The translations under genes were made by a program, and so were the position numbers. Of a stretch of 64,000 nt of DNA, positions 37,943 through 48,164 are shown one piece after another. How positions within the stretch are numbered: position 1 is the stretch's first letter; each line of letters starts with the position of its first letter. The notes under the pieces are model-generated. The model saw nothing but the letters and a program-made list of their open reading frames with translations, did no database searches and had not been told where the DNA came from. Source of the DNA: a virus; the IMG/VR virus record IMGVR_UViG_3300049434_000014, positions 32,001 through 96,000 of that record. One strand, given 5' to 3'.

Positions 37943-38687
37943 TGATGATGCGTTCTACGACGCCACTATACTTATCGTGGCTGTTCGCCTTAATCATCTT
38001 TACGATTGGGGCTATCCTGCTTCCCTCATCGTGGCCGTGGTGGCTTCTGCGTATCGCTGCCTTCCTGCTCATATTAGGTTTCGTTACGGTGAGTGCGCGA
38101 TGGTATTTGCAGCGTGGGCGCCTGCCGAGGTGGTGGCCGTCGTCAAGGGATTGAGGCATGTGCTGTTTCAGTTACTGGTTGTTGCCACGACGGTCGTTCT
38201 GATCCTGGGCTTTGTGTCTGTGCCGGGGGTGTCGTGGTGGATGACGGCGATTGTGCTGGTCGTTGCGGGAGCTGTGCTCGGTTTGGTGGGTTCTGATCTC
38301 GTTATGTTGTATTTTAGGCGTCCAAAACACTCTTCGCGTCGTTCAGAAGATGTTCGGTGAAAGCTGTAACGTTTCGACCGCGCGCACCGATACACTGTAT
38401 GTAAGGTTCAAACGCCCCCCAAGCCCCAAGGAGTCCCCGATGATCGACACCAAGGTTGCCGTTCCCGCGCTGGTAGCGGTGCTCACTCACGAGGATCGTG
38501 TGAAGGCGCTGCGTCAGGACTGTGGTCGGATCGCTACCTGGATGGTCGTGTCGGGTGTGCTGGCCGCGCTGCTTCTGCTCGTGAGTGTGTTGGTCTGAAA
38601 GTTCCGGGTAGGACTGTGTAACGTTTGCAAGGTCTGGTACGATATACCTAGTGTAAGGCTCAATTCACCCGGTTAAGGGAGATCGAA

Positions 38688-38912
38688 ATGTTCTCAACGT
38701 TGCAGGTTGTGGTTCCTGACGAGATGCGCGAGACGGTTGAGGCTGTGTTGGCTGAGGTCAACGCTGATGCGCCTGCTCCGTGCCTTTCGATCTCTGAGAC
38801 GGACGCCGGGTTCGACGTGCGCGCTGAGCTGGCTGATGTGGCCGCTGTGCGGTCTGCGTTGCAGTACATCGGCGGTCGGGTGTCTGCGGGCTGGCGTCGG
38901 GTGGAGTTCTAA
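38688..38912 (+). CDS. hypothetical protein
   Basis: Own promoter and AAGGGAG RBS. Confidence 0.6.
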   Translation: MFSTLQVVVPDEMRETVEAVLAEVNADAPAPCLSISETDAGFDVRAELADVAAVRSALQYIGGRVSAGWRRVEF

Positions 38913-39108
38913 ACTTCTTCTGAAAGCTTGTAACGTTTGCGATGTGTGGTACGATACACCTAGTGTAAGGCACCGAACAACCGCAAGGCAGAGCGTCCGG
39001 GCGGTTGGAGGTGGTGGGAATTGTTCGGCAGAGCGTCCGGGCTGGCCTTCCACCTCATCGGTGCCGACATCTAGACATCGATCTTGACATCCGGTAAAGG
39101 AGCAGGTC

Positions 39109-39261
39109 ATGGTTGCGGTTCGCTACAAGGATTGGTCAAAAGATCTCCCCGTGACCCGCGAGAAGGAGTTCAAGTCTGAGCGTGCGTTCCAGTCTTGGCT
39201 GACCAGGGTCGCCGAGCGGGGCAACGTTGAGGTGTTGGCCACGTGCCGTGAGGGTGCGTGA
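39109..39261 (+). CDS. 50-aa hypothetical protein (not in ORF track)
   Basis: AAGGAG RBS; MVAVRYKDWSK... Confidence 0.55.
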   Translation: MVAVRYKDWSKDLPVTREKEFKSERAFQSWLTRVAERGNVEVLATCREGA

Positions 39262-39464
39262 TGCGGGCGCTGTGGGGTGTGCTGGTCGAGTTGTTCTGCT
39301 TGCTGTGGGGTGTGTTCGTAGCGGTGGCGTTTCTTGCTGTGGGCCTGCTCATCGTGGGTGTGACGTCGGGTGAGCTGACGGTGGTGCTGCTCAGTGTGCT
39401 GGCCGTGATCTTCGTTGGGTTCGTGGCGTGGTGTGTGCGGTTGTTGTTTACGGATAGTGTGTAA
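39258..39464 (+). CDS. small membrane protein
   Basis: Two TM segments; coupled start. Confidence 0.55.
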   Translation: MMRALWGVLVELFCLLWGVFVAVAFLAVGLLIVGVTSGELTVVLLSVLAVIFVGFVAWCVRLLFTDSV

Positions 39465-39528
39465 CGTTCCTGGCCCCACGAGCGATATACTGTATGTAAG
39501 CGAACAACAACTTAGACGGAGGCACCAA

Positions 39529-39729
39529 ATGGGCACCACGAAGTGGATCGACGCAAGCAAGCTCACCGCTGGTGCTGAGGTCTACATCAAGCCAGGCTTC
39601 GATACCTACAAGGTGGGTGTGGCGTTCGTGGCGGGTCCGGTCTCTGACGATGGCACGCTGCCGGTGACCTTCGAGGGTAGCGGTCGGGTGGCGTGGGTGC
39701 CGCTGCGATCGGTGTCTGAAAGCCTGTAA
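39529..39729 (+). CDS. hypothetical protein
   Basis: Promoter 39461 and GGAGG RBS. Confidence 0.6.
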   Translation: MGTTKWIDASKLTAGAEVYIKPGFDTYKVGVAFVAGPVSDDGTLPVTFEGSGRVAWVPLRSVSESL

Positions 39730-39796
39730 CGTTTTCGATGTATGGTACGATATACCTAGTGTAAGGCAGTCAACCACCCGATCAAGGGAGCTGGTC

Positions 39797-39973
39797 ATGG
39801 ATCCGATTCGCGAGTTCGATCGCACCGAGCGAGTGTTCACGGGACGCTGGTATGTGCTGGTCAAGGTCTATGGGCCTGCGGGTGACTGCACTGAGGTCGA
39901 CTCCGAGACGGGCGGTCCGGGTCTGCGCTATTCGGTGATGAAGCAGTACGTGCCAGCTTCGATGTGTGTCTGA
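39797..39973 (+). CDS. 58-aa hypothetical protein (not in ORF track)
   Basis: Promoter 39726 and CCCGATCAAGGGAGC. Confidence 0.55.
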   Translation: MDPIREFDRTERVFTGRWYVLVKVYGPAGDCTEVDSETGGPGLRYSVMKQYVPASMCV

Positions 39974-40068
39974 AAGATCTTCAACGAGCCTGTAACGTTT
40001 GATCCACTCCGAGCGATATACCTAATGTAAGGCACACACGCACTACCCAATCAAGGGAGCTGGTCATC

Positions 40069-40242
40069 ATGGCACGCGAGGTCGACACTTTCGAGTTCCG
40101 CACTTCCCACTGGACCGAGCCTCGCGGGCGTGGTAGCTGGATCTTCGAGAACAAAGACTCCGGTGAAGAGGTCACCTTGCAGGGTCCGTACTCGAGGGTG
40201 GTTCGTCAGCTTCCTGCGGGTAGTTGGAAGGTCCTTCCGTAG
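40069..40242 (+). CDS. 57-aa hypothetical protein (not in ORF track)
   Basis: Promoter 39992 and CCCAATCAAGGGAGC; SH...PRGRGSW.F motif. Confidence 0.6.
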   Translation: MAREVDTFEFRTSHWTEPRGRGSWIFENKDSGEEVTLQGPYSRVVRQLPAGSWKVLP

Positions 40243-40258
40243 TTCACTAGTTCGCTCT

Positions 40259-40291
40259 GAGACCGGTTTCCGCAGGTGGGAGCCGGTCTCT
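40259..40291 (+). terminator. hairpin terminator
   Basis: GAGACCGGTTTCC...GGAGCCGGTCTC followed by TT. Confidence 0.6.
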
Positions 40292-40376
40292 TGCGTTGGG
40301 TAGGACTATGTAACGTTTGCGAGGTATGGTACGATATACATGATGTAAGCGAACGTACGAATTGACGGAGGGCGTC

Positions 40377-40628
40377 ATGGCTCAGCGTAAGTACCGCAAG
40401 GGTGATCGGATTCAGTTTCTGAGCAACGGTGTGCTCGGTCAGGTGGTGCGCAATATGGGGCCTGCTGTCAATACTCGTACTGGCAATGATGTGATTGAGT
40501 GGCGCGAGGTGCTGCCTGACGGTGCTGGTGGGGAACGTTTGGGCGCGGTGTGTGTCCACGACGCGGAGAAGCTTTGGCTGGTCATGGCGGCTGTCTCAGC
40601 GTTTCCCAAGCCGGGTGTGTTGAGGTAG
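40377..40628 (+). CDS. hypothetical protein
   Basis: Promoter 40310 and GGAGG RBS. Confidence 0.6.
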   Translation: MAQRKYRKGDRIQFLSNGVLGQVVRNMGPAVNTRTGNDVIEWREVLPDGAGGERLGAVCVHDAEKLWLVMAAVSAFPKPGVLR

Positions 40629-40702
40629 TAACGTTTGCATGGTTCACTACGATATACCTAGTGTCAGGCAGTGCACGGGGTTCAACCCAGGAGGTCATGG
40701 TC

Positions 40703-40951
40703 ATGAAGTTTACTCACCCGGTTCTTGTTCTCACAGCCCTCGAGCTGGCGCGTCGTGAGCCCACTCAGGATGAGGTTCCCCCGAGCCTGACGGTGACGAT
40801 GTCTGAGTTGGATCGGGCTGGCCTGGCTGAGTACGTCATGCAGCGTCGTGGTCGGGTGTCTCGCACACGGGTGCGTTTGACTGAGACTGGTCTTGCTCGC
40901 CTGCGTAGGGCTCGGAGGATGGCTCAGGAAGTCGCTGCTGAGGATGTGTAA
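40703..40951 (+). CDS. small winged-helix-like protein (paralog of 48987..49262)
   Basis: EL..AGL......R.....RLT..G..RL..ARR. Confidence 0.55.
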   Translation: MKFTHPVLVLTALELARREPTQDEVPPSLTVTMSELDRAGLAEYVMQRRGRVSRTRVRLTETGLARLRRARRMAQEVAAEDV

Positions 40952-40971
40952 CGTTTCGTAGGCAAGTACGG

Positions 40972-41001
40972 AGACCGGTCTCTCACAGGGCCGGTCTTTT
41001 T
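40972..41001 (+). terminator. intrinsic terminator
   Basis: AGACCGGTC...GGCCGGTCT followed by a T-run. Confidence 0.65.
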
Positions 41002-41050
41002 GCTTGCAGGATCGAGTAACGTTTGCATGGTCCGGTACGATATAACCATT

Positions 41051-41278
41051 ATGAAGAACGTGATCGTGGCCGCGTTGCTGGTGCTCTCAGGGCTTGCCTG
41101 CCCGCTAGCCCAGGCTGTGGGTTCTGACGTCGTGGTGGGGCACACAGCGGCTCTCTCGGTGCCGTTCATCCCGATCCTGGTGCGGGGCGGTGAGGGTTGC
41201 AGCGAGGAGCCTTCTGCGGATGGCACGACGGAGCGGATCTGCGGTGTGTTGGTAGCGGACTTGATCGAGTCTGTCTGA
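41051..41278 (+). CDS. small secreted protein
   Basis: Signal peptide MKNVIVAALLVL...AQA; leaderless after promoter 41016. Confidence 0.55.
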   Translation: MKNVIVAALLVLSGLACPLAQAVGSDVVVGHTAALSVPFIPILVRGGEGCSEEPSADGTTERICGVLVADLIESV

Positions 41279-41314
41279 CTCGGTAGGACTCATTAACGAG
41301 TAAGGAGCGCGAAG

Positions 41315-41542
41315 ATGGCGGGTAAGGGCAAGTCAAGTACCGTATGTCAGGTTAATGGGATCACAAGCTTCTATGTCGAGTCTTTGCAGTCTGTTACGGC
41401 TATTGCTACGCAGCAAGGGAATACTGCTTCAGCTCAGGCTGCGGGCGATAAGCGGCGTGCTTTGATCCTTGCTGAGGAACTCTACGTGCGGGCTTTGCAG
41501 GATGCGGAGTATCTAGTCGAGTTGTATGGCGATCTTCTGTAG
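41315..41542 (+). CDS. hypothetical protein
   Basis: AAGGAG RBS. Confidence 0.55.
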   Translation: MAGKGKSSTVCQVNGITSFYVESLQSVTAIATQQGNTASAQAAGDKRRALILAEELYVRALQDAEYLVELYGDLL

Positions 41543-41642
41543 TTCGGACTTGCGGTTAGACGAGTCTTCTGATTAGGCTAAGCAGCGCCATCGCTGCTTG
41601 GCAGGCTTTCGATCAACAGGGCCACTGAGCAAGGAGTTTCTT

Positions 41643-41882
41643 ATGATGGCCAACAAGGTCTTGCTTACCGCCTATGGACGTGAGGCACGGCGCCATATTG
41701 TGTTTGTCATCATCGTGGTGACGATCCAGGTGTTGGTCTCTATGGTCGTCTTTGTGGCTACGTTCCCTCTGGGCGCGGTGCATTGGTGGGCGCTCGTAGC
41801 GTGGGCTTTGTCGTTTGCTAATGGGCTTCTGCTGATTCGATATGTGCGTCAGGGTCTGCTAGGGAGGGGTGAACAGAAATGA
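41643..41882 (+). CDS. small membrane protein
   Basis: AAGGAG RBS; two TM segments. Confidence 0.55.
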   Translation: MMANKVLLTAYGREARRHIVFVIIVVTIQVLVSMVVFVATFPLGAVHWWALVAWALSFANGLLLIRYVRQGLLGRGEQK

Positions 41883-42078
41883 TGCCTCAGTATGGCGGCC
41901 TTCCTGTGGTGTTGATTCATTTCGGGCTTGATTATGCACCGTGGCTTACGTTGTGTACGGGTACGGAGTTCGTCACCCCTCGTATGGGTGGGTTTAGCGG
42001 GGAGTATTCGCAGGTCACTTGCCCGTTGTGTCAATACTTCGCGGTGCAGGGCGCTGCTGTGGCTGGGTAGTACCGGGT

Positions 42079-42306
42079 ATGGTGACTTCACATAAGTCTT
42101 TAGAAGAGCGTACCGTTATTGAGGTACGTAGTGCATTGATGGATGCGCTGATATCAACCGATCCTCTGCGGGTCGTTTCTCCTGAGGGGCTTCCTGAGCG
42201 GATCGTTGAGCTGCGAGTTTCTTTGATTAGGAAGATCTCTGATGCTCATGCTGTCGCGCAGCTTCTGGAGACGGAGTATGCGAGGGAGCATCTGCGTCGT
42301 CGCTAG
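42079..42306 (+). CDS. hypothetical protein
   Basis: ATG 8 nt after GGGTAG. Confidence 0.55.
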   Translation: MVTSHKSLEERTVIEVRSALMDALISTDPLRVVSPEGLPERIVELRVSLIRKISDAHAVAQLLETEYAREHLRRR

Positions 42307-42322
42307 TTGGGTAGTACCGGGT

Positions 42323-43393
42323 ATGACAGCACCCCGTGTTACTAAGCTTGCGGATCGTAGAGTGAAGATTGAGGGTTCCTACGATGATGTTTTCGCTACC
42401 CTCTCCCAGATGCATAATGATGGTGTCCTTGAGCGTGTGGTGCGTAGGGATGCGGATCGTACGAGTGATTATGCGGTTGCTCTGGCTGAGCTTCGTAGCC
42501 TTGAGCCTGCCCCTCCTGCAGCGGCCCCAGCCTCTGAGCGCCCTTCTGCCAGTACCCCTAAGCAATCACGCATCCGGTGGCCGTCTGTGGGCACGGTGCG
42601 TGTCCTGGGCCTGTGTGCGGGGATCCTCGTGGCTTCCGGGTTAGCGATTCTGGCGGCTTATGGTGTGGTCTTGGCTGCGGAGTGGATATGGGCCACTATC
42701 TTGGCTCATGTGACGGGCATTGTTACGAGTGCGGTACTGGTTGGTCTTGTTGCGTGGGCTATGCGTAGCAAGCTTTCTTCTGCTATCAAGGGCAAGTCTT
42801 CTGGTCTTTACCACACGCCGGGGATCTCCACAGCCCTTCCTGTGACGGTGCTTGATAATAAGGTTGTCGCTGGTGAGCGCGATGAGGATCTTATTACTAC
42901 GACCAAGTACCATTGGTTGACTGGTAGGGTTAAGTCGGCCACTATTGTGGATGCTTCTGATGTGGTGCATACGGTGAAGGTTTCTCCTGTCTCTGGGCGT
43001 GTGAAGGCTTGTGTTCAGAAGCCCTCTGCTGAGGATGATCTCACTACACGGTGGATTGCCAAGATGCGGAATAAGCGTACGGGTCAGTCTATTGGTCGTT
43101 GGCGTGGTGGTTCGTATGATCTGATGGCTGATTCTATGTATGGTGGGTCGCTTGAGACTGCGGTGAACATGCATAGTGATGATCGTTGTGCTGTGGGTCA
43201 TCTGCTTGACCTTGATCAGCCTTATGAGGGTTCGTGGGGTCGTAACGGTAAGAAGCATCCGAGTATGGCCAAGGCTCGTGCGATGTATGGTGATAAGCTT
43301 CTTAAAGATGTCATTGGTATGAATGATCGTGGTGTTCCGTTGCGTAAGATTGCTGATCACGTGGAGCGTAAGACTAGGAAACGTGGTCGGTAA
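42323..43393 (+). CDS. membrane-anchored hypothetical protein (2 TM)
   Basis: ATG 8 nt after GGGTAG; C-terminal CAVG.L...I.MND.G..L..IAD..E domain. Confidence 0.65.
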   Translation: MTAPRVTKLADRRVKIEGSYDDVFATLSQMHNDGVLERVVRRDADRTSDYAVALAELRSLEPAPPAAAPASERPSASTPKQSRIRWPSVGTVRVLGLCAGILVASGLAILAAYGVVLAAEWIWATILAHVTGIVTSAVLVGLVAWAMRSKLSSAIKGKSSGLYHTPGISTALPVTVLDNKVVAGERDEDLITTTKYHWLTGRVKSATIVDASDVVHTVKVSPVSGRVKACVQKPSAEDDLTTRWIAKMRNKRTGQSIGRWRGGSYDLMADSMYGGSLETAVNMHSDDRCAVGHLLDLDQPYEGSWGRNGKKHPSMAKARAMYGDKLLKDVIGMNDRGVPLRKIADHVERKTRKRGR

Positions 43394-43666
43394 GTACGGT
43401 GCAGATACGAGATACTTGCTCTCGGCTCCTGAATCTGCCCCCAGTGGAGTGTCTTCGGTTGATCTTTACGATGTCCGGTCTGTCCTCTGGAGTCCCATTC
43501 TCGAGGCCCAAATCCTCATATTTTATTTTTTATAATTTTTCTACGATGCAAAGGTCCACAGGGTGGGGTTTTTCTACCGGTCGGCTCGTAGATCCTGCAT
43601 CGCCTTGACAACCTTGCATCTAGCCTGTATGTTGGTATTTCAAGCGTCAATCCGGTAGGAGGAGTC

Positions 43667-43942
43667 ATGAGGCCGAGGGGTGTGCATCCTGCGTTGCTGG
43701 CTAGTGCGTTGGAGATGACGTCTCCAGTGCAGTGTGGTCGGTGTGGTGGGATCTACGATTTGGGTACTGTTGAGATTGTGGATCGGTATTTGGATTGTTC
43801 TGCGTGGCGTGCTCCGTGTTGTAAGGCTTATGTGGATAGTCGTTGTGAGGATGCACCGGGTTGGACGTCTCAGATTGATTACGTGAAAATTGACAAAAGC
43901 GAGATTATGGATTCGGCGTTTATCTACATGTGGGATATCTGA
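43667..43942 (+). CDS. small Cys-rich protein
   Basis: C..CG.IYDLG.V....RY.DCS.W.APCC; promoter 43605. Confidence 0.6.
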   Translation: MRPRGVHPALLASALEMTSPVQCGRCGGIYDLGTVEIVDRYLDCSAWRAPCCKAYVDSRCEDAPGWTSQIDYVKIDKSEIMDSAFIYMWDI

Positions 43943-44138
43943 TGGTTGATCACGTGATGGGTTATCGTGCGGGTTCGGTTGGGTTGAGTCGGTTTGGGAT
44001 TCCTGATGTGTCTACGGCTCATTGGTATTGTTCGTGTGGTGGGTGGAAGGTTTACCGGTCGGAGAATGGTGTTCCGTTTCGGCCTACGGCTGAGAAGCGT
44101 TTTGCTACACATGTTGCACTAGCGGGTAGGACTGAGAC

Positions 44139-44462
44139 ATGAACGGTGTTCGGTTGGATAGTGCTTCTGGCACGATGGAGATGACGTTTACTGTTGAGGA
44201 GGAGTTGGAGCGAGTTTATAACTGGTTTGATGCTTGTTATATTCAGGTTCAGACTGTTCTCTTGCGTTTTTCTTTACCGGCGATTCGATCGGGTGATTCT
44301 TGGGTTTGCGATACAGTCAGGGTGTACGGGATGAAGTTCGATGAGGGTGGTCGTCGGTTGAGTGGCGGGACGGTCATGTGGGAGGTTGCTACGGAGCGGT
44401 TTCGTCCTGAGTGGTTGCGAGCTTTGATTCTGAGTAGCTGTCCCGCACCTATCGTCGGGTAG
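44139..44462 (+). CDS. hypothetical protein
   Basis: ATG 9 nt after GGGTAG. Confidence 0.55.
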   Translation: MNGVRLDSASGTMEMTFTVEEELERVYNWFDACYIQVQTVLLRFSLPAIRSGDSWVCDTVRVYGMKFDEGGRRLSGGTVMWEVATERFRPEWLRALILSSCPAPIVG

Positions 44463-44654
44463 GACTCGTCGTGACTATGCGCGGAGAGCCTTTCCGGGTT
44501 GGTCAGTGTTCGTGGTGTCGTGCGGTGTATCCGTTGTTTTTGTCTGAAGACTCACACGAGATGGTTATCATCAGACATCGTTCGCGGTATAATGATTTGG
44601 GGATCCTAGGTATCTGCCTAGGTCAGTTGCTACCTCCGTTAAAGGAAATTCGAG

Positions 44655-45122
44655 ATGACTGATACGACGAACCGCTCTGTTATTGACGAGATGGTCTCGC
44701 ATGCTCGGCGGGCGAGGGATCTTGCGAAGCAAGCGGAGAAGTTGCTGGAGTACTTTGCTGATCATCGTGGTGTGAACGAGGATGTTGATCGTGCGGCTAA
44801 TTATGCGGTGGATGATTTGTCTGGTGCGATCGGTACGTTGAATGAGCTTTGTGCTCGGATGCCTGTGTCTTTGCCTGGTGAGTTTTTGCTTACGAATGCG
44901 CATAGGTTTATGTTGTCGATGGCTCGTGATGAGCGTTTGTGTCTTTATCGTGGACATCCTTCGTGGGTTGGTTATAGGTTGCGTGGTCGTGTACGAGAAG
45001 TTGGTTATATCTCTTTGACTGCGAGTCAGGTTGTGACGTATGAGGATTTGATTGATCATGGTTGGTTGTCGCGAGCAGATGATGGGCAGCCCTCGCGGGT
45101 GTTGAAAGATTCGAACGGGTAG
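44655..45122 (+). CDS. hypothetical protein
   Basis: CCGTTAAAGGA RBS motif. Confidence 0.6.
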   Translation: MTDTTNRSVIDEMVSHARRARDLAKQAEKLLEYFADHRGVNEDVDRAANYAVDDLSGAIGTLNELCARMPVSLPGEFLLTNAHRFMLSMARDERLCLYRGHPSWVGYRLRGRVREVGYISLTASQVVTYEDLIDHGWLSRADDGQPSRVLKDSNG

Positions 45123-45333
45123 GAGTGGTTATGGATGCGGCGCGTACCATGGAAGAGCATGTTGCTAACTGTAAGAGGAATAGGTTTCCGTGGTGTGATA
45201 CGTGTAAGCTTCCTGCCGTCTTTAAGGAAGGTCAAGGTTACTTGCATTCCACTCCGGAGAGTCCGTTCGGAGTTTATACAATTAACGATCCGTCTGGCCA
45301 TGAGGTCACGTGTAAGGAATGGTGGTATGAGAC

Positions 45334-45690
45334 ATGATGACTGGGCGGCAGTGGGCGGATTCGTTGTCGGGTGAGGCACGGGAGCTGCTGTGTTCTGTGT
45401 CGGTGTGTCCGGAGAGTCATGGGTATTTGGTGTCGGGTCAGGGTTCGTCGCACATGTTGGTGGGTGGTTTTCTAGACGGTCGGTTGTCTCACGGGGCGGT
45501 GTATTCGCATCGTGTGATTGGTGAGTTGATTGACTGGAATTTGATCTATATGCAGGGTCGTGGGGCTGACGAGTATTTGCCTGAGTTTGATGGTCGTACG
45601 GATGAGGATGGCACGCGTGTGTGGTGTCATATTCGTTTGACTAAGACTGGTAGTGATGCTTCCTATTTGTTGAAGGCGATTGAGGATTAG
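45334..45690 (+). CDS. hypothetical protein (paralog of 47790..48164)
   Basis: V..EL.D..LI......P.F.GR.....CH.RLT..G shared with the paralog. Confidence 0.6.
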   Translation: MMTGRQWADSLSGEARELLCSVSVCPESHGYLVSGQGSSHMLVGGFLDGRLSHGAVYSHRVIGELIDWNLIYMQGRGADEYLPEFDGRTDEDGTRVWCHIRLTKTGSDASYLLKAIED

Positions 45691-46148
45691 TCATGACTTA
45701 CGATGAGATCATTTTGCTCGAGGGTGGGGAGTACCTTGAGGTTGCTGTCGGGCCTGATGGTGCGGTCCCGGTGGATTGGAGTTCTCCTGTGGCTCGTGGG
45801 CGGGTGATTTCGTTGGTGTATGGGCCTGGTGTTCCGCGTCATGTGGTGGAGGTTGTTTTGACCGCTAATAATGATGTGGGGATACGGCATATTACTGATT
45901 TTCAACGGTTACGTAGGATGGGTTCTCATGAAGACTCCTCAGTCGGCTCTTGAGGCTGCGTGCCATTCGGTGGGGTTGTGGATAGACGATCCTGGTGCTG
46001 TGCATATTGCGATTGCTCTGGAGGTGGCGATGCCTCACATTGAGCGCGCGGTGCTGGAGTCGGTGTTTGCGCCTCGACATGGTTATGATGCTCCTTCCTG
46101 CTGGGAGATCGTGCGGGATCGCCTTCGTGAGTTAGGTCGTGAGTTGAC

Positions 46149-47564
46149 TTGACCCAAGTTGCTGATTTGTTGCGGTCTCGGTTGTGTCATCAGTTTGATG
46201 TGCGTCGATTGACTGCGCTGGTCGGTGCGGGTGGGTTGGTCCCGCTCGTGACGGGGGAGTGGGTTCCGTATTGTTATTTTGATAATGCGGCGAGTACTCC
46301 GTGTTTGGTGACGGTGCGAAAGGCCGTTGTTGATTTCTTGGAGTATTACTCCAGTGTGCATCGTGGGTCTGGGTTGTTGTCTGCTTATTCCACGGAGGTT
46401 TATGAGGATGCGCGTGCGGTTGTGGCTGCGTTTGTGGATGCGCGTCCTGATGATTGTGTGATTTTTACTCGTAATACGACTGATTCGACTAATCTTATTG
46501 CTTCGGTGCTCGAGTCTAGCGATTCGGTGTTGGTGTGCGCGGGTGAGCATCATGCCAATTTGCTGCCGTGGCGTCAGGGGAGTGTCACGACGCTGCCTGT
46601 GTCGCGTTCTCCCGGTGAGGTGTTGGAACGGTTGGAGGCTGCGCTTCGTGCCGGGAGCTTTGCTCTGGTGGCGGTGACGGCGGCTAGTAATGTGACTGGC
46701 GAGATCTGGCCGATCGCGGAGATCGTCGCTCTGGCTCATCGTCATGGTGCTCGTGTGGTGGTCGATGCAGCTCAGCTTGCTCCGCATCATCCCATCAGTA
46801 TTAGAGACTGGGATGCGGATTGGGTGGTGTTTTCGGGTCATAAGTTGTATGCCCCGTTTGGTGCGGGTGTGGTTATTGGTCGTTCGGATTGGTTGGCTCG
46901 GGCTAAGCCTTATTTGTTTGGTGGTGGGGCTGTTGACTATGTTTTGGTAGATGATGTGGTGTGGGCTGGTCTGCCGGATTTACATGAGGCGGGCAGTCCT
47001 AACACTGTGGGGGCTATGGCTTTGGGTGTTGCTTGTCAGACGCTGTCTTTAGCGGGGATGTCTCGGCTGTCTGCAGCGGAGTCTTTGCTATTTGACGTCT
47101 TGCGGCGTGGGTTGTCTTTGGTTCCTGGGTTGACGATATATGAGATGTGGCCTGGGGATTTTGAGCGTATCGGGTTGGTTACGTTCAATCTGGCCAATGT
47201 TGGGTATGCCGAGCTTGCTGCCATTTTGAGTGCGGAGTTCGGGATTGGTGTGCGGCATGGGTGTTTTTGTGCGCATCCGTTGATGGCGTGTCTGATGGGT
47301 GTCTCTGATGACATGATGCGTACGATTGGTCATGATCTGCACACGGCGAAGTCTTTGTTTGTTCCGGGTGCGGTGAGGGTGTCGTTGAGTGTGGGGACTT
47401 CCCTTAACGATATCATTCGATTGCTTAATGCTTTGCATATCATCGCGGATGGCGGTTCGAGGTGGAAGTATTTAACTTCTCCTGATGGTAAGGATTGTGT
47501 TCCGTTGTCTGATGACCGGGTGTTTCCTACGTCTCCGTTTGATCTGTCGTACTTGGGAGTGTGA
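46149..47564 (+). CDS. class V PLP aminotransferase / SufS-like cysteine desulfurase
   Basis: YFDNAAST, SVHRG, EHHANLLPW, ASNVTG, DAAQ, SGHK (PLP lysine), EAGSPN and RHGCFCA. Confidence 0.92.
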   Translation: MTQVADLLRSRLCHQFDVRRLTALVGAGGLVPLVTGEWVPYCYFDNAASTPCLVTVRKAVVDFLEYYSSVHRGSGLLSAYSTEVYEDARAVVAAFVDARPDDCVIFTRNTTDSTNLIASVLESSDSVLVCAGEHHANLLPWRQGSVTTLPVSRSPGEVLERLEAALRAGSFALVAVTAASNVTGEIWPIAEIVALAHRHGARVVVDAAQLAPHHPISIRDWDADWVVFSGHKLYAPFGAGVVIGRSDWLARAKPYLFGGGAVDYVLVDDVVWAGLPDLHEAGSPNTVGAMALGVACQTLSLAGMSRLSAAESLLFDVLRRGLSLVPGLTIYEMWPGDFERIGLVTFNLANVGYAELAAILSAEFGIGVRHGCFCAHPLMACLMGVSDDMMRTIGHDLHTAKSLFVPGAVRVSLSVGTSLNDIIRLLNALHIIADGGSRWKYLTSPDGKDCVPLSDDRVFPTSPFDLSYLGV

Positions 47565-47593
47565 GGATCTTCGCCGCTGGGTAGTACTGAGAC

Positions 47594-47803
47594 ATGACTG
47601 AGTTACTTCCTGGCGCCACTCTCTATGGTTTTTGTGGCGGTGTGTTTGGTCGAGATTCATACGAGGACAAGATCGTCGTCGCTGCGGGTTGTGGTTGGTT
47701 GGTTGCCAAGAGCTGCAACAGTGAAGATTTTTATTTCGCGCAGGGCGACAGTTTGAAGACGTTAGAAAGCTACACAGAACCGAGGACTGATGATGACTAC
47801 TAG
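47594..47803 (+). CDS. hypothetical protein
   Basis: G..LYGFCGG.FGRDSY.DK motif; ATG 9 nt after GGGTAG. Confidence 0.6.
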   Translation: MTELLPGATLYGFCGGVFGRDSYEDKIVVAAGCGWLVAKSCNSEDFYFAQGDSLKTLESYTEPRTDDDY

Positions 47804-48164
47804 TCTTGATCGTGTGATGAATCGGTTGAGTCCTCCCGCTGGAGACATGATCGTTTATGTTCGTAAGTCTCTAGGTGGAGGTAATGGGTTCGCCATCTTG
47901 GTGGATTCTGGAGACAATACTAAGGCGTTGGCTGTCGGGGTTAATGACAGCGCGCTTGAGCGCCGTGGGGATTATCCTGCTGAGGTGGTGCAGGAGCTTC
48001 GTGACAATGAGCTGATCAGCACGCACGCTTTCGTCGCGGATATGCCTGACTATTCAGGTCGGAAGCTCAAGGACAAGAAGACTGGTTGTCATTTGCGGCT
48101 TACGCCGTTTGGTATTCGGGTCGCTAATGAGCTTCGCTCGGGTGGTCTGAGAAATGACCGATGA
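47790..48164 (+). CDS. hypothetical protein (paralog of 45334..45690)
   Basis: Shared C-terminal motif. Confidence 0.6.
   Translation: MMTTSLDRVMNRLSPPAGDMIVYVRKSLGGGNGFAILVDSGDNTKALAVGVNDSALERRGDYPAEVVQELRDNELISTHAFVADMPDYSGRKLKDKKTGCHLRLTPFGIRVANELRSGGLRNDR

Larger units (their letters stand above)
38366..41050 (+). promoter_or_regulatory. cluster of nine ECF-sigma-type promoters GTAAC-N17-CGATAYA
   Basis: Copies at 38366, 38618, 38930, 39461, 39726, 39992, 40310, 40628 and 41016 (also 35102 and 54091), all with a 17-nt spacer. Confidence 0.85.

Noticed and set aside
45950-46149. SAM-IV riboswitch upstream of the class V aminotransferase (common for host homologues)
   Set aside because: The upstream region is occupied by a coupled ORF and no riboswitch motif was recognisable
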